A stretch of 64,000 bases of DNA. Origin: Haliotis rubra. Its lineage: Eukaryota. This document shows positions 26,701 to 35,478 of the stretch, one piece after another. The stretch is from the NCBI RefSeq assembly GCF_003918875.1, contig NW_025767646.1, positions 1,736,001-1,800,000 on the forward strand. The letters are read 5' to 3'. The notes beneath the pieces were generated by a model. The model ran no database searches, was not told the origin of the DNA, and saw only the letters and a list, made by a program, of their open reading frames with translations. Position 1 is the stretch's first letter. Each line of letters opens with the position of its first letter. Position numbers and translations under genes: made by a program.

Positions 26701-29700
26701 AGAGTCACGGACTGAGCAGCCACAGAAAAAAGTTCATTGCATTGAGGAAAAATATCACAATGCATCAGAGCATGAGGAAATTGTTCACAAATACCAGGGC
26801 AGCATCACGAGAGAACAAAGACATGGGGTGTAACTAAGCAGTGCCATGTCTGAGGCTGCACAGGACCCTCCCTATGTGAAGCCAGCATGAAATGAGATAC
26901 AATGATTCTCCATGTTCCACCCCTGTGTAAATGTATTGACCACTCTACTGTATCTTCATTGCATTGAACAGAGCATGCACATTGATTTCTGAAGCATCCA
27001 GCACCAATTCTTATACTTGACAGGAGAGGTCTGTTATCATAATAAATAGAAGCAGTTTGATTAATTCAGTACACAGTTGTATATTAAAGGTCACTGTTGA
27101 ACTCATTGGGAGAGTGTAAATAATGAGAAGAGATATTAATCCTGCTATTAATGATTCATTTCTTCTCTCAAGTTTGGTTGACATGATGCTTGAATTGGAA
27201 GCACTTTTAGAGCTTTGATTCACATATACTACTCAAAATGAGTTAAGGACATTCAAAACAGATTAACTATGGTAACATGAAAGAATCAGGTGGTCCTTAT
27301 GTTCTATTGATTAGTATATAAAATCTGTGTGAAAACATTTCCATATGTTGACCTATGATGTGATCAAATATACTAAAAGATATGTCTTCTTTGATGGGCA
27401 TTTGTTTGCTTGACAACGACATTAGAATCTAAGTGGAAAACGTCACCTGTCACAGAATAAAGAAATTGTATATCCATAAAATCATCACCATTCTACAAGA
27501 TATGTGTTCAAAATGTTAAGGGTGGTTGTAAAGCATGGCACTGAATGTTCATTTCCAAAGATGGGTACAATTTTACAAAAGCCTTTACATGATACGGAGG
27601 CAGAATATTATTGGTTAAAAACACAAACCCTCATCAACATTCTTAAATATTCGAGCATATTATTCAAAATCTCTTTCCAAATTCCTCTTTATTGTTTTGG
27701 AAAAAATTCAGTATTAAGCTTGTTGAACCACAAATGAAAATATTGACATTTTTAAAAACTCATGGTATGAGGCAAGACTTAAGCATTGTCTTTACTGTTT
27801 GGGGTTTACATTGGGTATCAACACTCAGGAAACATTAGAATTGTCATATTTACATCATGATGCTATAATGCCCGTGAAGGTGATGGTTAGAATTGGTCTT
27901 CAGCAACCCATGCTTGTCGTAAGAGGTGACTAACAGGATCGGGTGGTCAGGATCGCTGACTGGGTTGACACATGTCATCATATCCCAATTGCATAGATCA
28001 ATGTTCGTGCTATCGATCCCCGGATTGTGTGGTCCAGACTCGATTATTTACAGATTGCTGCCATATAGCTGGAATATTGCTGAGTGCGGCGTAAAACTTA
28101 ACTCACTCACTCATGATGCTATAAAGTAACATGTTTGAAAATCAGCATCCAAGGAATGCCATTTCAGCATTATGAGATTTTTCCAGACGCATTATTTTGA
28201 TATCAAATGTCACCACAATTCATATCTTCTTTCAAATGTCAATAATGAAAATAATGCTACCTGCTACTTGTGAAACACTTCAGTTCAATTATGTGAAACA
28301 AAATCTCTGACGCAAGATTCTTGTTGCCATGACTATCTATTCCTGCTATGTAATCATTCCATTTCCTATCTATATACATGATGGACACATTGACAGATGA
28401 CGTGTAAGCATACAATACAAAAATTGATTTGTATATTAGCGATTCTCAGATCTGATAAAGATTCAATCTTTGCCATGCTCCAGACAAAGAATACTAGGAA
28501 CAGCTTAAGAAATCATTTGTCTGCATTCAACACATAAACGGCTGGTGATAGAAAGAAGCATTCTCTGAAGGCCTTTGAAGATGTCAAGGTAGTTTAGTTA
28601 CAGAGGGACTTCTTCAGCTGTAAGCTGGAATTGAGGTGCATCAAAGGGAGAGAGAATAATTCATCCAAAGTATTTACCTTTGAAGTATCTGAGCAGTCTG
28701 TCAGCACATGACAGGATATAGGAACTCAAACTGTTATCTCAGGTAAACTTTGGGAATAGACTGTTGTCATATCAGGGAAAATATAGACACTGGCTGTCAT
28801 CTCATGAGAAATGGGGTGGTGGGGTCGCCTAGTGGTTGAAGCATTTGCTCTTCACTCACTCACTCACTCACTCACTCACTGGGCGTTGGGGTAGTCTAAT
28901 AGTTAAAGCGTCCACTCATCATCATGCTTAAGACCCGGGTTCTATTCCCCACATGGGTACAATGTGTGAAGCCCATTTCTGGTGTCCCCCACCATGATAT
29001 TGCTGGAATATTGCTAAAAGGGTGTAAAACCATATTCAGTCAGTCAGTCAGATGCACTAATACTACAAGAGGGTAGATTGTGGGTAAAGAGAGTTATCAG
29101 ATCATAGAACAAATACTCCTGGGCCTAGATTTTCGAAGCTCTCTTAGTGCTAAGATAGTCGTAAGTTAATGTTATGGCACTTACGACTATCTTAGCGCTA
29201 AGAGAGCTTCGAAAATCTAGGCCCTGTTTTGTTATCAGATGTGGACAAATATGGGCAAAGATTGTTATCAGATAATGGAAAAAATGACATGGACTGTTAT
29301 TTTATTGGGAAAGCATCAACATAGACTGTTAGCTCATTAGTGAAACTTTTAGCATAGGTAGATGAAAAGAATGTTCTGAAATGATGGGAAACACTATCAA
29401 AGACTTATCTGGTGAGACCCAGGCTTGGGAAAATATGGAGGAAGACTGTTATCTCACAAGGGAAATTTTCAGCACAGACTGTCATCAGATGAGGGAAAAT
29501 TTGGGGAAAGACTATTATCTCACAGGGGAATTTTCTAAAACAGACTGTTATAAGATGAAGGAAAATATTGGCAAAGACTGTTATCTCACACGGGAAATTT
29601 CCATCATAGACTGTCATCAGATGAGGGAAACTATGGGCAAACACTGTTATCTGTCAGGGAAAATTTCCAGATTGTCATCAGTTGAGAGAAATATGGGGAA

Positions 29701-30656
29701 AGAATGTTATCAGGTGAAGGAATAGGCACTACCCTCCTGAAGCTCTATAAAGAAGAAGAGCCACGGTAGTGACAGCATGTGTCCAGATCTGTTAGTTTGC
29801 CTCCAGGCAACAGGGATCACATCTTCATTAAGAATTGCCTACCACCTTTTAAAAGATTAATGGTTTCATGGGGAGGTTGCACATAAAAAACGTACAGAGA
29901 TTAGCCTGACTTTCAATAAGTGATGGCGTTCTTCCAGCAAGTGTCTTTCTTTTAACAGATTAAGACCTTTAACAAAACATTCTTCCTTTTTAAAAGCATC
30001 AATCATGTAAAAACAACTGTTTCTGTCCTCTTTTTGTAAATCCAGCAAATCAATAAAGCTGATGTTGTGTTTCAATGTGATTAAATGTAATAGCTGCAAT
30101 GTACAATGTCGGAAAAGAGGTGGTGAGGTAGAATGTTGGTCAAACGAGGCATTCACTAGTTATCCTGATAATCAACATGTCAAATTTATTTCAACATTCA
30201 TACTTCGGTTGTGAGTGAGTGAGTGAGTGAGTGATGGGGGAAACCAGAAATGGGCTTCACACATTGAACCCATGTGGGAATCGAACCCAGGTCTTAAGCG
30301 TGATGAGCGGATGTTTTAAGCATTAGGCTTCCCCACCGCCCAGTGAGTGAGTGAGTCAGTTAGTCAGGCAGTCAGTCAGGCAGTCACGCAGGCAGGCAGT
30401 CAGTCAACAGTACGACAAATGACCACTTGATTGAGCCCAACCAATCACCTGTTTAGTAACATATCATTATCTGAGACTGGCGTACACTGAAATACATAAT
30501 AAGCTAACCTCCCTGCATGTGAACCAAACGTAGGGACTTACTTGGTGACAGCAGGACTACAGCAGTGATGATAAGAGAGCAGACGACGACAATGACGAGA
30601 AGGGCGATGGCAATACCACGCCAATTGCGCTGTGAGGCTGCATTTCCCACCAACTC
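501..30656 (-). CDS. DPP6/DPP10: Dipeptidyl peptidase IV family (S9B), DPP6/DPP10-like type II membrane protein. Spliced and partial: 16 coding exons here, catalytic domain off the left edge, first exon upstream
   Basis: Manual splicing gives one open frame of about 522 codons with GT-AG boundaries and matching phases: [38 protein letters not shown]...VYRHS...[13 protein letters not shown]...AVWWSANG...IAYPKPGFPNP...WMNRPQN...[18 protein letters not shown]...[13 protein letters not shown]. These are DPP IV N-terminal propeller motifs, and the QRNW(K/R)[11 protein letters not shown] motif is characteristic of DPP6/DPP10. Confidence 0.95.
658..826 (-). mobile_element. SINE family A (tRNA-derived head, about 170 bp, (ACTC)n tail)
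   Basis: A box TAGCCTAGTGG, B box GGTTTGATTCC, shared body ATGGGTACAATGTG...GCTGGAATATT. Confidence 0.9.
1454..1617 (-). CDS. DPP6/DPP10: DPP6/10-like exon (164 bp, phase 2/1)
   Basis: CAG/GTAAG; [54 protein letters not shown], with the conserved Cys cluster. Confidence 0.95.
1975..2285 (-). mobile_element. Two adjacent degraded copies of retroposon family B
   Basis: First copy has the 5' end ACCCCATGAAGATC at about 2094; second copy has the GCTGGAATATTGCTGAGTGC tail. Confidence 0.75.
2301..2348 (-). CDS. DPP6/DPP10: DPP6/10-like micro-exon (48 bp, phase 2/2)
   Basis: CAG/GTAAC; [15 protein letters not shown](S). Confidence 0.9.
3135..3226 (-). CDS. DPP6/DPP10: DPP6/10-like exon (92 bp, phase 0/2)
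   Basis: CAG/GTAAG; [30 protein letters not shown](V). Confidence 0.92.
3641..3748 (-). CDS. DPP6/DPP10: DPP6/10-like exon (108 bp, phase 0/0)
   Basis: CAG/GTACG; [36 protein letters not shown]. Confidence 0.93.
3996..4359 (-). mobile_element. SINE family C (tRNA head, Meta-domain-like body, (CACCT)n tail)
   Basis: A/B boxes (GGTGTAGTGGTTAG, GGTTCGATCCC); body GCGTCATACCAA...TGGT...CCCTGCCTGGC..GGCATTAA resembles the Meta-SINE domain as I recall it; TSD TATATCAAATATGA. Confidence 0.88.
4416..4454 (-). CDS. DPP6/DPP10: DPP6/10-like micro-exon (39 bp, phase 0/0)
   Basis: CAG/GTGAG; [13 protein letters not shown], matching the family GW motif. Confidence 0.9.
4711..4834 (-). CDS. DPP6/DPP10: DPP6/10-like exon (124 bp, phase 2/0)
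   Basis: CAG/GTCAG; [41 protein letters not shown]. Confidence 0.94.
4974..5136 (+). mobile_element. SINE family A
   Basis: GGGGTAGCCTAGTGG head through ACTCACTCAC tail. Confidence 0.9.
5677..5771 (-). CDS. DPP6/DPP10: DPP6/10-like exon (95 bp, phase 0/2)
   Basis: CAG/GTGAG; [31 protein letters not shown](I). Confidence 0.94.
6526..6686 (-). CDS. DPP6/DPP10: DPP6/10-like exon (161 bp, phase 1/0)
   Basis: CAG/GTATG; (E)[53 protein letters not shown]. Confidence 0.96.
6893..7125 (+). mobile_element. Retroposon family B (about 245 bp, no tRNA head, tail shared with family A)
   Basis: ACCCTTGAAGATCCAGGTTAGAATTGGTCTTCAG...CCATATAGCTGGAATACTGCTAAGTGCGGC. Confidence 0.85.
7178..7298 (-). CDS. 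DPP6/DPP10: DPP6/10-like exon (121 bp, phase 0/1)
   Basis: CAG/GTAGG; [40 protein letters not shown]. Confidence 0.96.
8023..8101 (-). CDS. DPP6/DPP10: DPP6/10-like exon (79 bp, phase 2/0)
   Basis: CAG/GTAAG; [26 protein letters not shown]. Confidence 0.92.
8439..10565. repeat. 29-bp minisatellite, about 70 units
   Basis: Unit CTGGGACATCTAATGATGGACATG(A/G)GGTA. Confidence 0.97.
10729..10781 (-). CDS. DPP6/DPP10: DPP6/10-like exon (53 bp, phase 0/2)
   Basis: CAG/GTGAG; [17 protein letters not shown](R), compare DPP4 WRHSYTASYDIYD. Confidence 0.93.
11254..11328 (-). CDS. DPP6/DPP10: DPP6/10-like exon (75 bp, phase 0/0)
   Basis: CAG/GTGAG; [25 protein letters not shown]. Confidence 0.92.
11607..13165. 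repeat. 29-bp minisatellite, about 50 units
   Basis: Unit TATCTTTGACAGGTGCCCTAGTACTAGTA. Confidence 0.97.
13188..13285 (-). CDS. DPP6/DPP10: DPP6/10-like exon (98 bp, phase 1/0)
   Basis: CAG/GTAAG; (G)[32 protein letters not shown]. Confidence 0.9.
13479..13643 (-). mobile_element. SINE family A
   Basis: Matches the family consensus. Confidence 0.88.
14571..14916 (+). mobile_element. SINE family C, inserted into a family D element
   Basis: Full length; TSD TCATT(A/T)AGGGCTTT. Confidence 0.88.
15120..15291. other. Assembly gap (N run)
   Basis: 172 Ns. Confidence 1.
15685..16035 (-). mobile_element. Retroposon family B interrupted by a MITE
   Basis: The consensus resumes on both sides of 15914-16020. 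Confidence 0.85.
15914..16020. mobile_element. Palindromic MITE with CTG TSD (PIF/Harbinger-like)
   Basis: 34-bp TIRs GGCCC(C/T)GTTCCT(G/C)AAAGCGATCGTAGCGCTACGA with 2 mismatches; CTG duplicated at 15911-15913 and 16021-16023. Confidence 0.88.
16663..16908 (-). mobile_element. Retroposon family B, full length
   Basis: Full consensus; short TSD GGCTCAGT. Confidence 0.9.
17263..17530. repeat. 48-49-bp tandem repeat, about 5.5 units
   Basis: Unit TTTCCTGGTCAGATGTATCAGGGCAGATGATCTGCTATACATCAATAG. Confidence 0.92.
19664..19819 (+). mobile_element. SINE family A (diverged)
   Basis: Matches the family consensus. Confidence 0.85.
20134..20226. mobile_element. Degraded CAG-TSD palindromic MITE of the same class
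   Basis: TTGTACAGAACAACCTTAG...CTAAGATTGCTCTGTACAA, with CAG on both flanks. Confidence 0.55.
20481..20576 (-). CDS. DPP6/DPP10: DPP6/10-like exon (96 bp, phase 1/1)
   Basis: CAG/GTAAG; (N)[31 protein letters not shown]. Confidence 0.9.
20704..20776. repeat. (CAT)n microsatellite
   Basis: About 24 perfect units. Confidence 0.98.
21921..22087 (-). mobile_element. SINE family A, (CAGT)n-tail subtype
   Basis: Near-consensus; TSD AGCAGTGACAAGA on both sides. Confidence 0.93.
22446..22602 (-). mobile_element. SINE family A
   Basis: TSD CAGCTTTGTATAA. Confidence 0.9.
22810..23338. mobile_element. Foldback/MITE element, 529 bp, TAGTCTG...CAGACTA ends flanked by TA
   Basis: About 33-bp terminal IR (TAGTCTGTTTGCA(T/G)TGAAAACGTACCGATGAAT) plus about 140-bp internal IR (22899-23040 vs 23130-23271). 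Confidence 0.8.
23393..23855. repeat. Tandem duplication of about 240 bp
   Basis: TTGCCATTGATCACAGAACACTGTGTCG...GACTGGAAATAGCTTCACTTATTAATAAG occurs at about 23400 and 23639. Confidence 0.88.
24209..24361. mobile_element. 153-bp element with perfect 38-bp TIRs and an internal tRNA B-box
   Basis: GTAACATATGTTATATTTGGGATTACACTTTCTTAGTA inverted at 24324-24361; GGTTCGAATCCC inside. Confidence 0.75.
24402..24566 (+). mobile_element. SINE family A (diverged)
   Basis: Matches the family consensus. Confidence 0.85.
26016..26177 (-). mobile_element. SINE family A
   Basis: Matches the family consensus. Confidence 0.88.
26426..26620. repeat. Degenerate 8-bp repeat (G(A/G)CAC(A/G)AT)n
   Basis: Direct reading. 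Confidence 0.9.
27870..28112 (+). mobile_element. Retroposon family B, full length
   Basis: TSD TCATGATGCTATAA; starts CCCGTGAAGG; (ACTC)n tail. Confidence 0.92.
28813..29050 (+). mobile_element. Tandem SINE family A: head fragment plus (CACT)n, followed by a full copy
   Basis: Two heads at about 28813 and 28881; tail CAGTCAGTCA. Confidence 0.85.
29122..29223. mobile_element. Palindromic MITE with CTG TSD (PIF/Harbinger-like)
   Basis: 45-bp TIRs GGCCTAGATTTTCGAAGCTCTCTTAG(T/C)GCTAAGATAGTCGTAAGT with 1 mismatch; CTG at 29119-29121 and 29224-29226. Confidence 0.9.
29240..29720. repeat. Degenerate tandem repeat with a GACTGTTATC core
   Basis: Recurring AGACTGT(T/C)ATC(T/A)...GGGAAA motif. Confidence 0.75.
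30211..30405 (-). mobile_element. SINE family A (internally deleted) flanked by GAGT/CAGT/CAGG tetranucleotide repeats
   Basis: Body and head match the consensus. Confidence 0.8.
30542..30656 (-). CDS. DPP6/DPP10: DPP6/10-like exon: juxtamembrane and TM segment (115 bp, phase 0/1)
   Basis: CAG acceptor, GTAAG donor; [38 protein letters not shown]. Confidence 0.95.
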
Positions 30657-30765
30657 CTGCAAAACAACACAAGTTCATTGTTATACTTGGAAAGTCATCA
30701 AAATTGTCACTGGTACACAGAACACTAAATAGACTTTGAGACATTGTCAGATTTGACAAACATAC

Positions 30766-31215
30766 TGGATGCTATATCACTGCAATATTTCAACAAGGAA
30801 ACACAATGTTGCACTTGTATGATGAGACTGGATACTATGCAATATTTCAACAAGGAAACACAATGTTGCACTTGTATGATGGGACTGGATACTATGTATT
30901 ATTTCAACAAGGAAACACAATGTTGCACTTGTATGATGGGACTGGATATTATGCAATATTTCTACAAGGAAACACAATGTTGCACTTGTATGATGAGACT
31001 GGATACTATGTAATATTTCAACAAGAAACACAATGTTGCACTTGTATGATGAGACTGGATACTATGTAATATTTCAACAAGGAAACACAATGTTGCACTT
31101 GTATGATGAGACTGGATACTATGTAATATTTCAACAAGGAAACACAATGTTGCACTTGTATGATGGGACTGGATACTATGTATTATTTCAATAAGGGAAC
31201 ATAATGTTGCACATA
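30766..31215. repeat. 57-bp minisatellite, about 7.5 units
   Basis: Unit AATATTTCAACAAGGAAACACAATGTTGCACTTGTATGATG(A/G)GACTGGATACTATG(C/T). Confidence 0.95.
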
Positions 31216-32313
31216 TATCAGAAATCTGAATAGCACATTTGCAATATTGCTGTAAGCTAAAATAACAGGAAATAACAGATTTCTAAGCATTAAATTATGT
31301 AAATTAATTTGTGACCACAATATGTGTCCAACCATCAAAGTTTCTATTACTGTTCTAACAATTAACACTTATAATGCAAAGAATCCATCTACAACACATT
31401 TATCCACAAATATGAGCAACTATGTCCTTATTCCTGGACATTATTATATCCTTGAATCTGTTTCCTTGGCAACAGTGTTCATGTACCTTGTCCATATAAC
31501 AGGTTTTCACTCTCTATGTTATAATTAACATAATTAGCCCTCATTATCTAACAAACATTTGTTTACCACACTGGAATGTACCATACGACCGTGTTAACGA
31601 AGCACTCACACTAGATCCTCATATGCCCCACACTAACACACACAATTCTCTTCTAATTACACTGTTTGTTTGTTGATGAACCCCATGTTTTGTCTGTCTC
31701 ACAGTCCCTGAACCATAATATTCTCCCTACAGCCTAGCCTTCCATGCAGTGATAGAGCCCTAAATTAAGTCTAAATTTCCCCAGGTCTGAATCTCTGGTC
31801 TCCTTGGGGCTCCTTTTCAATTTAAATGGGTTTATTTGTTACAATCAAAATTATATATAGATTCAGAGACTAAGCGTTAGCTTACTCCATGCTGTGGATG
31901 ATGAAAAGCATCCAAGTCCAATTGTTAAAAGAATCAAAGAAAGACTATCTCCCACACAAAACATGCAAACATCAGATCCGACACAGAAAGCTATTACTAG
32001 CAATATTATTGAACTTCCCTCCCCAGATCTAATGGAAGTTACAGCAGGTATGACTGCTGGCAGGGTGTAAAACAAAAGTACAAAGCAATTGAGTTTATTT
32101 CTTCTTTATTGATTATCAGCATTGTTTGTTTTGCTGTTCTAATGGGTATCTGCTATAATGACTTGTTAAATCAAAGCCATGTTAACTTGTGTAAAAAGGG
32201 TCATGAAAGAGATATACAAATTCTGATAAGGCAAACCTTAGTTTCTGTCAATATACACTGACTACAATGGATGGAAACAGTTTCAAAGCAAAATGAAATT
32301 TATTTACCCTTTA

Positions 32314-32667
32314 TGAGGTGAGGTGAAATTGGGTTTTACGTCGGCGTGAGAATATTTCGCTCATATGACGACGTGCATGCGTGTGTATGTGTATGTGCAG
32401 CTGCTTGTACTAGCCCAGATTTAAGCTGGCTTTATAGTGCTAGCCCACTGAGATACCATGCCGCAGTGAAGCATGAATACCCCACTCAGACACATTATAC
32501 TGACTCCGAGCCAACCAGTCCTTGTTGTACCAATTAATGCCGAGGGCCAGGCAGGGACCAACAAGTACCATATTTTAACGTCTTTGGGTATGATGCGGTC
32601 GGGGATCGAACCCGTGACCTTCCGCTCTCCGGGCGGACGCTCTAACCACTACACCACGGAGGCAGAC
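32314..32667 (-). mobile_element. SINE family C
   Basis: TSD TTACCCTTTATG. Confidence 0.9.
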
Positions 32668-32819
32668 TTACCCTTTATGTATTCAGTCATGACTTGAAAG
32701 GATATACACATATAGAGACACTGATTTCATCAAATAACATGGTATGGAAATATGAAACATTAGCTAGATAATAATCTGTTTCAACTGACTGTCAAAACAA
32801 GATCCAACTGGCATCAAAG

Positions 32820-32985
32820 GTGAGTGAGTGAGTTTATATTTTAATCAGATTTTAGCAATATCCCAGCAATATCATGGCAGGCGACACCAGAAATGGGCTT
32901 CACATATTCTACCCATGTGGGAAATCGAACCCTGGTCTTCGGCATGATGAGCGAACACTTTAACCACTAGGCTACCCCACCCCCC
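32820..32985 (-). mobile_element. SINE family A
   Basis: Consensus match; imperfect TSD GCA(T/G)CAAAGGT. Confidence 0.88.
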
Positions 32986-33148
32986 ATGCAGCAAAGGTAA
33001 AATTGTCATGGGAAATATATAAATGGATCATTTAAATTCAGTGTTGACACCAGGTGTTCATGTCCATAGAATTATGAAGGATTCAGTCAGAATTCTACCT
33101 ACTGTGTACAGCAAAAGCATGTTCTTATGTCATACTTCTCATTCTAGA

Positions 33149-33314
33149 GGGGCGGTGGGGTAGCCTAATAGTTAAAGCGTTCCCTCGTCATGCCGAAGAC
33201 TCAGGTTCGATTCCCCACATGGGCACAATGTGTGAAGCCCATTTCTGGTGTACCCCGCCGTGATATTGCTGGAATATTGCTAAAAGCGGCGTAAAACCAT
33301 ACTCACTCACTCAC
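33149..33314 (+). mobile_element. SINE family A
   Basis: TSD TCTCATTCTAGA. Confidence 0.93.
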
Positions 33315-34524
33315 TCTCATTCTAGACTCGCTAACCTACTTTTGTATATTTTTTGTTTAACATTGCACTCAGCCTGGACCAGCAAATCCAATGACTAATG
33401 TCATGAGCAATATTCCAAGCAGCAAAGGTTACACAAGACACCAAACTGACCACCAGTCCATTAAGTTGTCTCCTCTGGCAAGCATAGGTTGCTGGGGACC
33501 TATCCTAACCCATATAATCCCCAGGCAATCTAGTGCTGTAATTTGTCCTATGTTATAGACAGGATGAGATTTGGCTTGTGTGCCCAGGGTTTTATAGTCC
33601 AGTATGATACGAGGGTTGACTGATACGTTTTGATCTTCACAAGAAGAATCTGCCTGAAGTGGAATCTTCTGTTGAGGACATGACATGATGTCATTGCTGT
33701 AGTCATCCACAAAAACGTAAGTCTCTTGAGTGCAAAGTGGATCAGTGTAATAAATCAGCCAAAACAAGCAAGTACTGACCTTTGCAAAATTGATGAACAC
33801 TAGGAATATACCTAGCATAGTGTGCCCAGTATCAGAGTATCTACCTTGCGGATCAAGCTCCTGATAGACTAGGTGATGATAAGAATTGGTACCAGTACCT
33901 AAATAAACACGGCCATGTCTTGAAGTTCATTCCTTTCTCAACACCAAACATGCATGTTACATAACTTTGTACAGGAGAATTCCTTGCATGTTCTAAGGAT
34001 GGTAATGAGTGTGTTCGACTGAAGCATGATTAATGGGATGCTTGTTATAGGGTGACGTAATATGGGGTTTAACGACTCACTAACAAAATGATGACATCCA
34101 TTTGTGTGTGGCTGCTGGTACTGGTTGTGACTTATACTGCTAGGCCAATCAGAGAAACCGTGCCATGGTATAACACGGATACTCCACTCAGATGCAATAA
34201 ATTATGACCTCACCAAATCCTTGTTTTATTCCCTTTATGCAAGACATCGTGCATGAAACCAGACTGATACTACGTTTAATACATGTATCACACAGATTAT
34301 ATCCCACTGGAACCAGTGTATATCATTTGGATGATATAGCAAATTGGTACCAGTGTATTACATATATCCCACAGATGATATATCAAGAACCACTGACCTA
34401 CCAATGGTATTGTATCACCTCACTGGAATAGTACTATCTTTAAACATCTGTTTGGCGAAGCTAGAGGACCTACCAATGACCCTCCCAGGGGTGGAAATAA
34501 CTTTAACATTGCTAATGTACTCTG

Positions 34525-34727
34525 TAGTCTCTCGTACAGACCCTGAAGCAAATATATCCAAGAAAGCCCACACAAGTCTAGAAAATGTGGCAAGTCTAGA
34601 TTTCCTCAGCTTCAGGGTCTGTACCAATCTGCTGAAAATGAAGAAAGTCTCAGGGCTCCTTTCCGTTATATATTTTTTTTTTTTACTATGAACTTTTTTC
34701 AGTAAAATATGTTCATTTCAGAGACTA
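34525..34727 (+). mobile_element. Family D non-autonomous element (TAGTCT...AGACTA). Other copies at about 14448-14992(-), 31691-31872(+), 44600-44785(-), 47305-47491(+), 56379-56558(+)
   Basis: Shared 5' TAGTCTGTC(T/A)(C/T)ACAG(T/A)CCC, internal TCTAGATTTCC(T/C)CAG..TCAG and GGCTCCTTT, shared 3' TCAGAGACTA. Confidence 0.7.
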
Positions 34728-35344
34728 GTTGTTAGTCTAATGTACTATGGTACAGTGGGACATATAAAATCACTTGCCCTGATAATTTGTCCACTATACC
34801 AGCCATTTTCTTGTTGATTTTTTAAATAAACAACATAATTAACATTGGAATATCAACTGGACACCGGTACAGCATGATATACAAATTTGCTTGCCCGACA
34901 GAAAAAAACACTGGACTCGGGCGTGGGGCAATGGGTTATTTCCACCCCTGTTTCCACTCTCATGTCAACTCTCTGTCCACACAACCATGAAAGAACTCTA
35001 TGAAGACATAAATCATACATGATATATACCTTGTTCATGCAAGACTATGAAGTATATATCAGATATATACTACAATGATCAGACAACGTGCTAAACTGTT
35101 GGGTAAAAGGTATGATGGTAAGCATCCTGCATACTACTTAATCTATCCTGGCATCCATTTTAAGTATGTTTTAGTGTACACAGCTGGTACAAGTCAGTTA
35201 GTCTGGGGTTTTTACATAGAATTTATGACCATGCGTGCTCACAAGTTAAGGCCTAAACATTTTACTGCTATTGATTAATTGTCAAATGCAAGAAAATAGT
35301 CCCCCAAATTCAACATTTAAATATTGGCATCTGTGTACCATGAT

Positions 35345-35478
35345 AAGCAATATTCAAGCAATATCATGGGAGGGGACACCAGAAATGGGCTTCACACATT
35401 GTGCCCATGTGGGGAATCGAACCCGGGTCATCAACGTGATGAGTGGACGCTTTAACCGCTAGGCTACCCCACCACCCC
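35345..35478 (-). mobile_element. SINE family A (tail missing)
   Basis: Consensus match. Confidence 0.85.

Noticed and set aside
30744-31147. Cys-rich repeat ORFs (QCCTCMM) resembling metallothionein
   Set aside because: The 57-bp unit is a multiple of 3, so several frames on both strands are open; there are in-frame stops and no splice support.
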